Positions 16,236 to 26,355 of a stretch of DNA of 64,000 nt are shown here, piece by piece. The notes below the pieces were generated by a model. It was not told where the DNA came from and did not search any database. It worked only from the letters and a program-made list of their open reading frames with translations. The DNA is taken from the NCBI GenBank assembly GCA_040219255.1, contig JAVJSW010000031.1, positions 20,896-84,895 of the forward strand, given 5' to 3'. The stretch's first letter is position 1. Each line of letters opens with the position of its first letter. The stretch is from Sumerlaeia bacterium. GTDB lineage: Bacteria > Sumerlaeota > Sumerlaeia > SLMS01 > JAHLLQ01. The translations under genes and the position numbers were made by a program.

Positions 16236-19200
16236 ATGGTCTCTTCTCTTCACGTGACTCAACAGCAGCTTCGCATCGGCAATCTGGTCATTTTTCGCGA
16301 GACGATCGCTCCGCAACTCTTTCGGATCGCGGACCTCAATGGGTCCGTTGCGGACCTCGAACCGGTCTCGCTCGGGACGACCCCCGTCCAATCCCCGGTC
16401 CGCGAACTGCGCCGCTACCGCGTCAAGACGACCGATGAGGTGTATTGGAACGAAGAAGTGGTCCAGGTCCTGCGCCTCGTCAATCCTCGCAGCGCCGATC
16501 TCTACGAGTACGACGTCGAGGTGAACGGCGAGGTCTTGCGCGCCCGCGAGGTGGACCTGCGCGTCGCCCCCGGCAGCGCCCTTGTCGATCCACTCTCACA
16601 GATGATCAATCTGGACGCGGCGCCGGCTCGTCTCGGCCAGGCGCGCTCCGAACTGCTCCGCTCCTACTTCGCGGCCACCGCCAAGAGCCTTGGCATCGTC
16701 GGCTACAACGGCGCCCGAATGCTTCCCATCCCGCACCAGATCAGCGCCGCCCGCTACGCTTTGCTTTTCGGCCGGTTGCGCTTCCTGCTCGCCGACGAAG
16801 TGGGCCTCGGCAAAACGGTCGAAGCCGGTCTGATTGTGACAACCTTGCGCAAGTACTTCCCCGAGTGGAGCACCGCCATTTTCGTCCCCGACTCGCTGAC
16901 GGTGCAGTGGGCCTTCGAAATGTTCGGCAAGTTCGGCAAAGCCATCTACGATGTCGAAGGACTCGATTTCGACTCGGACGATTTCGCGGCCGGCGAGGAA
17001 GCCGACGTTGCCCAGGGCACGATCCTGCCCCACCACCGCGCCGTGCAGTGGGATCGCGAGGGCTTCTCGCCCGAGATCCTGGTGATCGACGAGGCCCATC
17101 AGATCACCGCCGACCCCGCCCTGGCTGAAGCGTTCGAAAACCTCAGTTCCCGCGCCCAAGCGGTCCTGCTCCTGACCGCCACACCGACGTCCGAGGGCTC
17201 GATCAACCTGGCCCGGCTGCTGCGCATTTGCGATCCGCACCACTTCGCCGAAATGGGAGACGACGAAGAAGTGGCCCGCCGTTTCAACCAGGAAAACGAT
17301 TTCCGCTCCGTCTATTTCGCCCTGCGCGACTCCAGCGTTCCTCCCGAGCGGATTCAGGAACTGGTGGCGTCGACGCCCCTGCCCGATCCAGACGTGACCG
17401 AGATGATCGTGGAGGGCGGTATCAATCTCGACATGACCGAGCGCATCCGCGCCGCCACCGCTCTCGCCGAAGGCGCCATGCCCTCCGTGCAGGTGCTGCG
17501 CTACCGCCGCGATTATTTGGCGCTGCACAACGATCTGCCGGAACGCGTCGAGGAACCGCTCGAATATCGCGCAACGGCCCAGGAAGACCAGGTGCGCCGG
17601 GTGGTCCGGCGCTGGCTCGACGCGGTGAAAGACTGCGGCCATCGTCACAGCGCCGACTGGCAGGCCGTAGCCGCGGCGCTCATGCAGGCGTCCCACAGCA
17701 GCCCCGGCGCCGTGCAACAATGGATCGCCGGCCGGCGCGACGAACTCGGCTTCCACGGCGGCATCACCGCCGATCCGGTCTTCCGCAATCGAAAACGCCT
17801 CGCCGAACTTCCCGTCCTCACCGGCGAGGAAAGCATTCTCGCCGAACTGGAGAAAGCCAACAAGACGTGGGCGCGGGAGACAAAGGCGATGGATGTCAAG
17901 GCCAGGCCCTTGGCGCGCCATCCACGCTTCGAAATCCTGCTCAAGCAGCTATCCAGCATCTTTGAATTCGAAGAAGACGCCCATCTGCTGATCTTTACCA
18001 GCTTCGAATGCAACGTGAAGCCGTTGCATTTGCTGTTGAAAAAAGCTCTCGGGCCCAAGCGCGACGTCTTCGCCATCAGCGCCGAAATGCCCTGGCGCGA
18101 TCGAGAAAAAACCGCCTTCTCCTTTCAGGAAAAACGCGGGCCCTGCGTTCTGGTCAGCGACGATCTCGGTGGCGAAGGCCGCAACTTCCAGTTCGCGAAC
18201 GCTATCTTCCACTTCGATTTGCCGCTCGCACCCTGGATTCTCGAGCAGCGCATTGGCCGCCTCGACCGCGTCGGGCGCGAGGAAGAGATGGATGTGGACA
18301 GCCAAATCCTCATCAGCAGCGATGGTCCCGACCACACCATTTACGAGTTCCTGCGCGATGGCGTCGGCGTCTTCAACGAATCCATCGCCCCCATCGAGGG
18401 CGACGTCGATTCGGCCTATCGCCGCATGATCGAGGCGTTCATCGCCGAAGGCGACGATGCGGTGCTGGACTTGATCGAAAAGGTGTCGGAGGAACTGGAT
18501 GGCTTCCGCCAGGAGCGGGAAGCGGATCCGCTGCTCACCCGCGATCTGGAAAATATCCGGTCGCTCAGCAAGCAACTCGACGACCGCGAGGAACTCGACC
18601 GATTGCGCGCCGCGGCTATCGAATACACGCGCCTGCTGGGCAGCGTCGTGGACGAGGAGCGCTCGCGCGTCACCATCACCGTCGGAGCCCACCATCCGCT
18701 GCACGCCTACCCCGGGATCCTGCCGGAAATGCGGGGCTATTTCGACCGGCGCCTTGCCGTGCGGCGCGAACGACTCGAGTTCTTCTCGCCCGGCCATCCC
18801 TTCCTGCGGGCTTTGGCACGCACCGCCATGGAGGAAAGCGCCGACCGCGTCACGTTTTCGCTGCGCCAAGGAATCCCCTTGGGCGCCTTCGTCTTCACCT
18901 TCCGCATTTCTCTGCCGCCGGAATATATCGGCGCGGTCCGCGACATGCCGGAAGACCTGCAACCGGCCCTGCTCTGTGCCGCGGCGAGTAACTTCAGCAC
19001 CCACATGGTCCGCGTGGCGGTGGACTTCAAGGGCGACCTGGTGCCGGAAAACGAAAAGACGGAGGCCGTGTTCCTGCCGTGGCGCAGTTCCGACCTCTCC
19101 CTCGACGAAGGCGAGGATATCTATCGGTATCTGCCGGAGAACTGGGAGGAGCGCTGCTACCTATGCTGCCAGGTGGCCGAGGCGCGCGCCCGCAAGCAGG

Positions 19201-19373
19201 GGCAACGGATGTTGGAGGCGGGACTGGGGCCGCTCAAGCTGGCCCTTGCGGAAGCCCTCACGCGGGCTTTCGGCATCAACTATCCCATCGAAGAACAAAT
19301 GGAATCGCTCCTCTTCGTGCTCGACGAAATGAGCGTCGACATGGACTCCGTGGCGGTTCACTTCCCCGCCTGA
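16236..19373 (+). CDS. RapA/HepA-like SNF2 family ATPase
   Basis: PHQ, LLADEVGLGKTVEAG, DEAH, LLLTATP, GGEGRNFQF, LEQRIGRLDRVG and GHPF motifs. Confidence 0.88.
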   Translation: MVSSLHVTQQQLRIGNLVIFRETIAPQLFRIADLNGSVADLEPVSLGTTPVQSPVRELRRYRVKTTDEVYWNEEVVQVLRLVNPRSADLYEYDVEVNGEVLRAREVDLRVAPGSALVDPLSQMINLDAAPARLGQARSELLRSYFAATAKSLGIVGYNGARMLPIPHQISAARYALLFGRLRFLLADEVGLGKTVEAGLIVTTLRKYFPEWSTAIFVPDSLTVQWAFEMFGKFGKAIYDVEGLDFDSDDFAAGEEADVAQGTILPHHRAVQWDREGFSPEILVIDEAHQITADPALAEAFENLSSRAQAVLLLTATPTSEGSINLARLLRICDPHHFAEMGDDEEVARRFNQENDFRSVYFALRDSSVPPERIQELVASTPLPDPDVTEMIVEGGINLDMTERIRAATALAEGAMPSVQVLRYRRDYLALHNDLPERVEEPLEYRATAQEDQVRRVVRRWLDAVKDCGHRHSADWQAVAAALMQASHSSPGAVQQWIAGRRDELGFHGGITADPVFRNRKRLAELPVLTGEESILAELEKANKTWARETKAMDVKARPLARHPRFEILLKQLSSIFEFEEDAHLLIFTSFECNVKPLHLLLKKALGPKRDVFAISAEMPWRDREKTAFSFQEKRGPCVLVSDDLGGEGRNFQFANAIFHFDLPLAPWILEQRIGRLDRVGREEEMDVDSQILISSDGPDHTIYEFLRDGVGVFNESIAPIEGDVDSAYRRMIEAFIAEGDDAVLDLIEKVSEELDGFRQEREADPLLTRDLENIRSLSKQLDDREELDRLRAAAIEYTRLLGSVVDEERSRVTITVGAHHPLHAYPGILPEMRGYFDRRLAVRRERLEFFSPGHPFLRALARTAMEESADRVTFSLRQGIPLGAFVFTFRISLPPEYIGAVRDMPEDLQPALLCAAASNFSTHMVRVAVDFKGDLVPENEKTEAVFLPWRSSDLSLDEGEDIYRYLPENWEERCYLCCQVAEARARKQGQRMLEAGLGPLKLALAEALTRAFGINYPIEEQMESLLFVLDEMSVDMDSVAVHFPA

Positions 19374-19414
19374 GCCATCTGGGCCACGGCGCCCTCACTA
19401 TTCGGGGCGTGGAC

Positions 19415-20158
19415 TTACCAGCCCACTGCGAGACGGGGAAGCTCCTCGGAGGAGCCCTCGTAGGCGGAGGGGCAGCCGAAAAAGAACCCTTGGCCCAAGG
19501 GAACGTCGAGGTGCTGGAGCAACTCGAGGTGGCTCTCGCATTCGATGCCTTCGCAAAGAATCGATGAGAAGGGCGAGCGCTGGGAAATGTCGCGAAGGAA
19601 CGCGGCGGTCTCTTCCTTCGTCAGGTTCTGCACCACCGTGCGGTCGACCTTGATGTAATCGGGTTCGAGCGCCCAGTACAAAGGATTGAGATTCTGAGGG
19701 TTCAGGTCGTCGAGGGCGACGAGAATGCCTTGGCAGTGCAGGGAGAAGACGATGGGGGCGAGAAGGTGGATCTGCTGATCGGTCAGGTCTTCGTGGATTT
19801 CGAGACAAATGCGCCGGCCATCCTTGAGAAGGGGCGCCGCCAGTTCGCCGAACCATTCGACAAAGTCCGGTTCGAGCAAAGTGTCCGGGAAAACGTTCAG
19901 GAAAAGCGTCAGACCGCTGTGAAGCTGCTCGTCGAGTTTGAGGGAGCACTCGATGCATCGCCGGTCGATCGAAGAGATAACGCCCAGGCGGCGGGCTTGT
20001 TCGAAGATGGCGTCTGGATAATGGAACGGCGATTCGAGCGGACCCCGCGTCAGTGCTTCGTAGGCGACGATGGCGCCGGTCGTGAGGCAGCAGATGGGCA
20101 TCACCCAAGTGTCGAGCTGGGGCTGGGCAAGAGCGTCGAGAAATTCATCGGGCAGCAT
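19415..20158 (-). CDS. Stand-alone EAL domain protein
   Basis: YEALTR, LNV, LEIHE, ALDD, IKVD, EGIE and GQGFF motifs. Confidence 0.88.
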   Translation of the reverse strand: MLPDEFLDALAQPQLDTWVMPICCLTTGAIVAYEALTRGPLESPFHYPDAIFEQARRLGVISSIDRRCIECSLKLDEQLHSGLTLFLNVFPDTLLEPDFVEWFGELAAPLLKDGRRICLEIHEDLTDQQIHLLAPIVFSLHCQGILVALDDLNPQNLNPLYWALEPDYIKVDRTVVQNLTKEETAAFLRDISQRSPFSSILCEGIECESHLELLQHLDVPLGQGFFFGCPSAYEGSSEELPRLAVGW

Positions 20159-20290
20159 GGGTGGTGTCGGTCCTGAGGCTCGGTGGTTCCCTAAGTCAAT
20201 TTCGCAGCTTAGAGGATAGGCTTGTGGACGCAATCGCGAAAACGCTTACAGTTTGTTTGTCATAACCGGATCGATTTTGTCTGGCAATCA

Positions 20291-21517
20291 TTATCTGACG
20301 CCACTGTCCGCCTTCCTTCGGCGCAGTTGCGACATGTGATTGATTTCGTAGGAGAGAGCGTCCATCACCACGTGCGCGTGATCCAACGGCATTGCCGGCC
20401 CGATCGGCAGCGATAACACCTCGTCGGCCAGCCGCTCGGTCACGGGCAAGGAACCGGGCTGCAATCCGAGATGCGCCAGCGCCGGCTGCAAGTGGCAGGG
20501 CACCGGGTAGTGCAGCCCTGTGGAAATGCCGCGCTCCGAGAGCGCCTTGCGCAGCGACTCCCGCCCCCGCGGCACCCGCACCACAAACAGGTGGTAGCCG
20601 CTTTCGCTGTCCGGCACCAGTTCCTGGGGCGCCATTCCAAAGCTCAAGAAGGGCTCCTCGCAGAGGCGTTCGCGGTAGGTCTTGGCGATGGCGCGGCGAT
20701 GGGCGACCCACTTGTCGAGGTGCGGAAGTTTGGCCAGCAGAATCGCCGCCTGCATGGTGTCGAGGCGAGCGTTCGTGCCCTCCATTTCGTGGACGAACTT
20801 GCCGCTGCGGCCGTGATCCACATAAAGCCGGGCTTTTCGGTCGATCTCCGGCAGGTTGGTCGTGATGCCACCGGCGTCGCCAAAAGCCCCGAGAGTCTTA
20901 CCGGGGAAGAAACTGAAGGCCGCCCCGTCGCAAAGCGCGCCACACTTCTTGCCGTGGAGGGTGGCGCCATGACCCTGGCCGGCGTCCTCCAGCAACGCCA
21001 CGCCCTTAGAGTCCGCCACCCTGCGCAGTTGATCCATGTCGGCGACGGCGCCGTAGAGCTGCACGGCGACGATGGCCTTGGTGCGATCATTCACCGCCAG
21101 CCGGGCCTGATTGGGATTGATGAGCCACGTGTCGCGATCCACATCGACAAAGACCGGTTTGGCGCCGAGTAAAAGAACCGCTTCCGCGGTGGCGATGAAG
21201 GTATGCGACGGGAGGATCACTTCGTCGCCGGGGCCGACGCCGACGGCCTGGTAGAGGGCCTGGAGGGCGGCCGTTCCATTGGCGGCGCCGACGCAGTGGC
21301 TTAAGCCACAGTATTGGGCCCAGGCTTTTTCGAACTGGCCCAGCTCCGGGCCCTTGATGAACTTTCCGTGGTCCAGGACGCGCGCGATGGCGGCGTCCAA
21401 ATCCGGTCTCAATTCCGCGGTGGTGGCGGCCAGATCGAGAAAGGGTACAGAGACGGTTGAGGGGGACTTGGGGGTCGTTCCCGAAGGTATCGAGTGGGAA
21501 TTACCGTGAGAGGTCAT
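20291..21517 (-). CDS. DegT/DnrJ/EryC1/StrS PLP aminotransferase (WbpE-like)
   Basis: VPFLDL, NGTAAL, EDAGQGHG, FSFFPGKTLGAFGDAG and NARLDTMQAAIL motifs. Confidence 0.93.
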   Translation of the reverse strand: MTSHGNSHSIPSGTTPKSPSTVSVPFLDLAATTAELRPDLDAAIARVLDHGKFIKGPELGQFEKAWAQYCGLSHCVGAANGTAALQALYQAVGVGPGDEVILPSHTFIATAEAVLLLGAKPVFVDVDRDTWLINPNQARLAVNDRTKAIVAVQLYGAVADMDQLRRVADSKGVALLEDAGQGHGATLHGKKCGALCDGAAFSFFPGKTLGAFGDAGGITTNLPEIDRKARLYVDHGRSGKFVHEMEGTNARLDTMQAAILLAKLPHLDKWVAHRRAIAKTYRERLCEEPFLSFGMAPQELVPDSESGYHLFVVRVPRGRESLRKALSERGISTGLHYPVPCHLQPALAHLGLQPGSLPVTERLADEVLSLPIGPAMPLDHAHVVMDALSYEINHMSQLRRRKADSGVR

Positions 21518-21701
21518 GAATTTCCATTATCCGATGAAGCAAATCGTGCAGGCGCGTGTCCGATTTCCGGCGTACTGCGCCATAAGGCCCTGACGCTCGG
21601 CAACCCTCTTCTTGCCCGAGTGCGCTGCAATTCGGTTTGATGCCCGGGTGAGGGCCGTCCAGGCTGGGGTCAGTTCTGCCGAAGGGGGCTTTTTCCATAT
21701 C

Positions 21702-22742
21702 ATGTCTGTCGCGTTGGCTGTGGTTGGTTTAGGGGGGTGGGGACCGAACCTGGTTCGGAACGCCGCCGAAACGAAAGGGGCGCGGCTGGCGGCCCTTTGC
21801 GATACGGATGACGCCCGGCTGGCGGCCGTCGGCGGGCGCTATCCGGGCGTTGCGCTGAAGGCTTCCCTGGGCGAAGTCCTGGCCGATTCATCCATCGACG
21901 CGGTCATACTGGCCACGCCCGCCGGGCTCCACGCCGACCAGGCGCGTCAGGTTCTCGAATCGGGACGCCACGTATTGGTCGAAAAGCCCCTGGCTTTGAC
22001 CACGCGCGAAGGATGCCAGCTCGCAGCGCTGGCCGGGCGCCTGGGTCGCGTTCTGCTCACGGGCCATACCTTTCTCTACAACGAGTCGGTGCGCGCCTGC
22101 CGGCGGCTGATCGAGGGCGGCGAGCTTGGTAAGGTCTGGTTCGCCAACGCCGAACGCATGTCGCTCGGCAAAGTCCGCGACGACGTGAACGCCCTGTGGA
22201 ACCTCTCGCCTCACGATGTCTCCATTCTGCTGCACCTGTTCGGCGAAATGCCCCGCCGCGTCTGGGCCAGGGGGGGGCGGTTCCTGCCCGGTTCGACTCA
22301 GGAAGACGTCGTCGTGGCCACGCTCGAGTTCCCCTCCGGCGCCCTCGCCAACATCACCGCGTCCTGGCTCAACCCGCTCAAGGTCCGCCGTATGACCCTG
22401 GTGGGCGAGCGCCGCATGGTGGTTTATGACGACACCTCGGCGGACCGGCCCGTGGTGCTCTACGACATGGGGGTGGATAGCGAGGCGCCGGAACCGGCGG
22501 GGGATTTTCAGGCGTTCCGCCGCACCCTCCGGCGGGGCGAAGAACGCGTCATCGCGGTGGAGCCAAAGGAGCCCCTGGCGGAAGAGATCGCCCATTTCGT
22601 GCGGTGCATCGCGGAGGGCGAAGCGCCCGTCTCGGGCCCCCGTGAGGCGATTGCCGTGGTCTATGTTCTCGAGGCCTGCCAGCAGTCTCTTCGCACCGAT
22701 GGGGCGCCCGTGAATTTGTCACACAATTTTGACTTTGTTTGA
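21702..22742 (+). CDS. Gfo/Idh/MocA NAD-dependent oxidoreductase (WbpB-like)
   Basis: VVGLGGWG, HVLVEKPLA, GHTFLYN and LSPHDVS motifs. Confidence 0.9.
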   Translation: MSVALAVVGLGGWGPNLVRNAAETKGARLAALCDTDDARLAAVGGRYPGVALKASLGEVLADSSIDAVILATPAGLHADQARQVLESGRHVLVEKPLALTTREGCQLAALAGRLGRVLLTGHTFLYNESVRACRRLIEGGELGKVWFANAERMSLGKVRDDVNALWNLSPHDVSILLHLFGEMPRRVWARGGRFLPGSTQEDVVVATLEFPSGALANITASWLNPLKVRRMTLVGERRMVVYDDTSADRPVVLYDMGVDSEAPEPAGDFQAFRRTLRRGEERVIAVEPKEPLAEEIAHFVRCIAEGEAPVSGPREAIAVVYVLEACQQSLRTDGAPVNLSHNFDFV

Positions 22743-22838
22743 GTCGTTGGCTCCGATTTTGGTCATGGCTTCGTAAAGGGCGGCACTCCGTTGCGAGCTT
22801 GCCGTCTGGAACGATTCCTTTCTTACGGAGCCTACCCC

Positions 22839-23582
22839 ATGCATAGGCGCTTTTTCTCCTCGGCCTTCACCCTGATCGAACTGCTCATCGTTGTCGCGAT
22901 TATCGCCATTTTGGCTGCCATCGCCGTCCCCAACTTCATCGAAGCCCAGACGCGCTCCAAGGTCTCGCGGGTGCGCAGCGACATGCGCACCATAGCCACC
23001 GCCCTTGAATCCTACCGCGTCGATCTAAATGACTATCCGACTGGCTTCGGCCTGACGGTGGACCCGGCGGACCGCTGGCGCTTTGGGCTTTGGCTTCTTT
23101 CGACGCCTATCGCCTATCTCAGCAGCGGCAACATTCAGGACCCGATGCACCTGCCCGCCACGAACCACCCAACCGATTCCACGATCCAGTACAACGCCAT
23201 GTACAATGACCCGGTGAGCGGCCAGAATGGCATCTATCTGTCGGAATTCCTGCGCTTCACGCCTCGATACCAGCCCGCAGGCACGTCTGTCGTCGGCTTC
23301 GGCGAAGGCTTCCGCCTCACGCCAGGCCTGAAAACCCAGTGGTGGATGCTGTTCAGCAATGGGCCGGACTTCGATGGCGGCTTCGGCCCGACCGATCCAG
23401 AGGGTAACCCGTCCGAGGAGTTCGATATCATTCAGCGTACGATCGACTCCGATTCCGACCTCGGGGAATTCCTCGACGTGGTCTACGATCCCACCAACGG
23501 TACGGTCAGTGTCGGCAACATCTGGCGCGCCGGGGGAGCGGGCGTGAACGCGGCGGGCCGCTTCGCAGCCGGGGGGACCTGA
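22839..23582 (+). CDS. Prepilin-type N-terminal cleavage/methylation domain protein
   Basis: SA|FTLIELLIVVAIIAILAAIAVPNF..AQTRSKVSR..DMRTIATALESYRVD; C-terminal YDPTNGTVSVGNIWR. Confidence 0.93.
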   Translation: MHRRFFSSAFTLIELLIVVAIIAILAAIAVPNFIEAQTRSKVSRVRSDMRTIATALESYRVDLNDYPTGFGLTVDPADRWRFGLWLLSTPIAYLSSGNIQDPMHLPATNHPTDSTIQYNAMYNDPVSGQNGIYLSEFLRFTPRYQPAGTSVVGFGEGFRLTPGLKTQWWMLFSNGPDFDGGFGPTDPEGNPSEEFDIIQRTIDSDSDLGEFLDVVYDPTNGTVSVGNIWRAGGAGVNAAGRFAAGGT

Positions 23583-23726
23583 CCGGAACGGTCCAGTCTG
23601 TGAACTATTGCCCAGAACGGCCCAGTTCCGCTTCTTTTCAACCCGCCGTCTTCGTATCTTCTTATCATTCCCGGACCAATCGCCGCCCATCGGGATTCAC
23701 TCTTTCTTCTGTGAATCGGAGAGCCG

Positions 23727-24011
23727 ATGATGCTGCTCACGAAACGGCGGGCTTTGACCCAACTCGACTTGCTTATCCTGGTAGCGGGCCTTGCGGTGGC
23801 CGGTGCTTTAATTGTGCCAGGGTTGCTCGAACCCCACACTTGTCCTTCCGACCATCGGACGCGCGACATTCGCAATCGGCGCGCGCTGCTGGAAACTTAC
23901 CGCATCGACGAATACGAAGTCACGCCCACGGATTTTGTTTACCGGATGCCGTCCCTTGACCCGGACGGGGACTTAGGCGAAGAGCGGGCACTGTCGATCC
24001 CGCACCCCTAG
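23727..24011 (+). CDS. Short degenerate pilin-like protein
   Basis: KRRA|LTQLDLLILVAGLAVAGALIVPGL and LETYRID parallel the upstream pilin; only 94 aa. Confidence 0.55.
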   Translation: MMLLTKRRALTQLDLLILVAGLAVAGALIVPGLLEPHTCPSDHRTRDIRNRRALLETYRIDEYEVTPTDFVYRMPSLDPDGDLGEERALSIPHP

Positions 24012-24026
24012 AGCCCCCCTCCGCCC

Positions 24027-24608
24027 ATGGCCGTCCATCCGCAAGCCCGCATCCATCCCGACGCCCGCGTGGACGATCCCTGCACCATTGGCTCGGGAAC
24101 CAGTGTCTGGCATTTCAGCCATGTGCGGAGCGGGGCGATCATCGGCGAGGGGTGCAATATCGGCCAGAACGCCTATGTCGGCGCCGGAGTCCGCATCGGC
24201 AACCGCTGCAAGATTCAGAATAACGTCAGCGTCTACGAGAGCGTGACGCTGGAGGACGAGGTGTTCTGCGGGCCTTCGATGGTGTTTACCAACGTGGTGA
24301 ACCCGCGAGCGTTCATCGAGCGCAAGGACGAGTTCCGGCCGACGCTCGTTCGGCGGGGCGCGACGATCGGCGCCAACGCCACGATTCTGTGCGGCATCAC
24401 CATCGGGCGATACGCGATGATCGGAGCCGGCGCCACTGTGACTCGCGACGTGCCGGACTTTGCCTTGATTCTCGGTGTGCCGGGGCGCGTGGCGGGTTGG
24501 GTGTCTCGCGCGGGACATCGCCTCGAGTTTGAGGACGGGCAAGGGTGCTGCCCGGAAAGCGGCGAACGCTATCAATTGAGCGGGAACCGCGTCGTTTTGC
24601 TGGATTAA
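24027..24608 (+). CDS. WbpD-like hexapeptide-repeat N-acetyltransferase
   Basis: [31 protein letters not shown] and CPESGERY motifs. Confidence 0.9.
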   Translation: MAVHPQARIHPDARVDDPCTIGSGTSVWHFSHVRSGAIIGEGCNIGQNAYVGAGVRIGNRCKIQNNVSVYESVTLEDEVFCGPSMVFTNVVNPRAFIERKDEFRPTLVRRGATIGANATILCGITIGRYAMIGAGATVTRDVPDFALILGVPGRVAGWVSRAGHRLEFEDGQGCCPESGERYQLSGNRVVLLD

Positions 24609-24702
24609 CACCGCCTCCCCGATCAAATGTGCCCGAAGGTTGCTCCCGGTTTTCTTGCAGCCAACCCGATACAGGCTGCGGGAGCACACCCCCGTGTCGC
24701 TC

Positions 24703-26259
24703 ATGATGACTAAACATCTCTCAACGATTCCGTATACGAATGCCGCTGCCCCCAGCGCGCAAGTCCCCATCGCTCAGTTGTCGATCTCGAACTGGGAGCA
24801 GCTCGCCACCCCCACATGCAAGGTTTTGTCGGCCTTTTCCGGCGGCGCCGACTCGGTGTATCTGGCACTGAAAATGAAGGCGCGTCTCGAACGCGGGCAG
24901 GTTGCATCGGTGCGACTGGCCCACGTTCATCATGGCACGCCGCACGCCGAAGAATTTGCGGAATTCGCTCTCGATTTCGCTCGTTCTCACGATTTGCCCC
25001 TCGACGTGCTTTATCTGACATCGACCTGGCCGGAAGGCGAATCGCAGGAAGCTTTCTGGCGATCCGAACGACTGCGACTGCTGCGCGAGGCCGCCCGCCG
25101 CTCTGGCGCGGACGTGATCGCCATGGGTCACCACGAGGACGATCTGGCGGAGACGCTGCTGCTGATGGCCATGCGCGGCTGCGGACCCACCGGTATGGGC
25201 TCGATGGCGGAGTGGCGGCTGCTGGAGGCGGCTACGGATGAGCGGAAGCCGCTCTGGCTGATCCGGCCGATCCTGGCGACAAGCCGCGCCGACATTTTGC
25301 GGGACCTGGAAGGGCGAGGGCAGAGTTGGATCGAAGACCCGAGCAATCGAGACCCTTCCTATCGGCGCAATCGATTGCGCCATGATATCATTCCAGTGCT
25401 GCGGGAGATGGAACCCGGCGTGACGCGGACCCTCGCGCGGGCGGCCCGACTCTGCGGCGAAGAAAGCCGGCTTCTGTCCGAATTGGCGGAGGATGCGCTG
25501 CGCGACGCGCTCCTCGCGCAGGCGGCGGAGTACCGGCTCCTGGACCGCATCAGCCTGCGGGCGATGCGGCGGACTCTGGCGAAGTGCGCCCTCCGTAGGG
25601 CTTTTCTGGCGTTTGGGGATCAGTATCCCTCCGCGGCCTTGGCGGAGGATGTCATGACCCGGTTGGAGGTCGAGGACGGCGACCCGTCGCGATTCGAAAA
25701 CAAGGCGGACGGGATGGTCGTTCGGGCGCTCGTGACGAACCACTATGTTCTGATCTATCAGGGATCGCTGTCCGAGGAAGAGGCTTTGGCGCGGGCCCTG
25801 ACGCAGGCTGGGCGAGCGTTGATCCTGGCGGCGGATTTCGGAGAGACCGTGCTATCCGCCGAGCTGGAGGAGGGCGAAGCACAGCGATTCAACTACGCGA
25901 CGCGGCTGGGCGTGAGGCTGGCGCGGGCGGCGGAATTGCCGGTGCGAGGTTCCGATTCGGCCTTCGCCGGTTTGGCCAGGGCGGCCATCGACCTCGACTC
26001 CACCGAGGGTGCCCTCGTGCTGCGCCTCGCGCGGGCGGGGGAAAGCATCGAGTTGGCCACCGCCGGTTCGAAAAGCGTTGCGGAAGCGGCCGCGGAGGCG
26101 GGTGTGCCGCCGGCTGTGCGGGGCCGCGTCGCGGTGGTGGCGGACCAGGCGGGTATCCTTTGGATTCCCGGAGTCCGGCGTGGACCGCGGGCCTGGGTTC
26201 GGCCTTATCACCCGGCGGACCGGGTTTGTATTCTCAGCCTCGCCTCGGGTGGAGCATAG
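24703..26259 (+). CDS. tilS: tRNA(Ile)-lysidine synthetase (start uncertain)
   Basis: SGGADS PP-loop, GHHEDDLAET, IRPIL, EDPSN and RRNRLRH motifs; C-terminal ILWIPG. Confidence 0.9.
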   Translation: MMTKHLSTIPYTNAAAPSAQVPIAQLSISNWEQLATPTCKVLSAFSGGADSVYLALKMKARLERGQVASVRLAHVHHGTPHAEEFAEFALDFARSHDLPLDVLYLTSTWPEGESQEAFWRSERLRLLREAARRSGADVIAMGHHEDDLAETLLLMAMRGCGPTGMGSMAEWRLLEAATDERKPLWLIRPILATSRADILRDLEGRGQSWIEDPSNRDPSYRRNRLRHDIIPVLREMEPGVTRTLARAARLCGEESRLLSELAEDALRDALLAQAAEYRLLDRISLRAMRRTLAKCALRRAFLAFGDQYPSAALAEDVMTRLEVEDGDPSRFENKADGMVVRALVTNHYVLIYQGSLSEEEALARALTQAGRALILAADFGETVLSAELEEGEAQRFNYATRLGVRLARAAELPVRGSDSAFAGLARAAIDLDSTEGALVLRLARAGESIELATAGSKSVAEAAAEAGVPPAVRGRVAVVADQAGILWIPGVRRGPRAWVRPYHPADRVCILSLASGGA

Positions 26260-26355
26260 CGGCGAATTCCTGTTGGGCGCTCTCTTGCTATAAGGTTGGA
26301 TCGCTGAGCCGCGAGACAGCCTCCCCAGCCCACTTGAAAACCCGATCGTTTCGTT

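Noticed and set aside
16236-19373. SNF2 ATPase as part of a defence system (DISARM/BREX-like)
   Set aside because: No methylase, nuclease or other defence neighbours; motifs and length fit a RapA-like housekeeping protein.
22709-22723. CRP-like site CGTGA..TCACA upstream of the pilin
   Set aside because: Spacer is 5 rather than 6 bp and the site lies in coding sequence; too weak.
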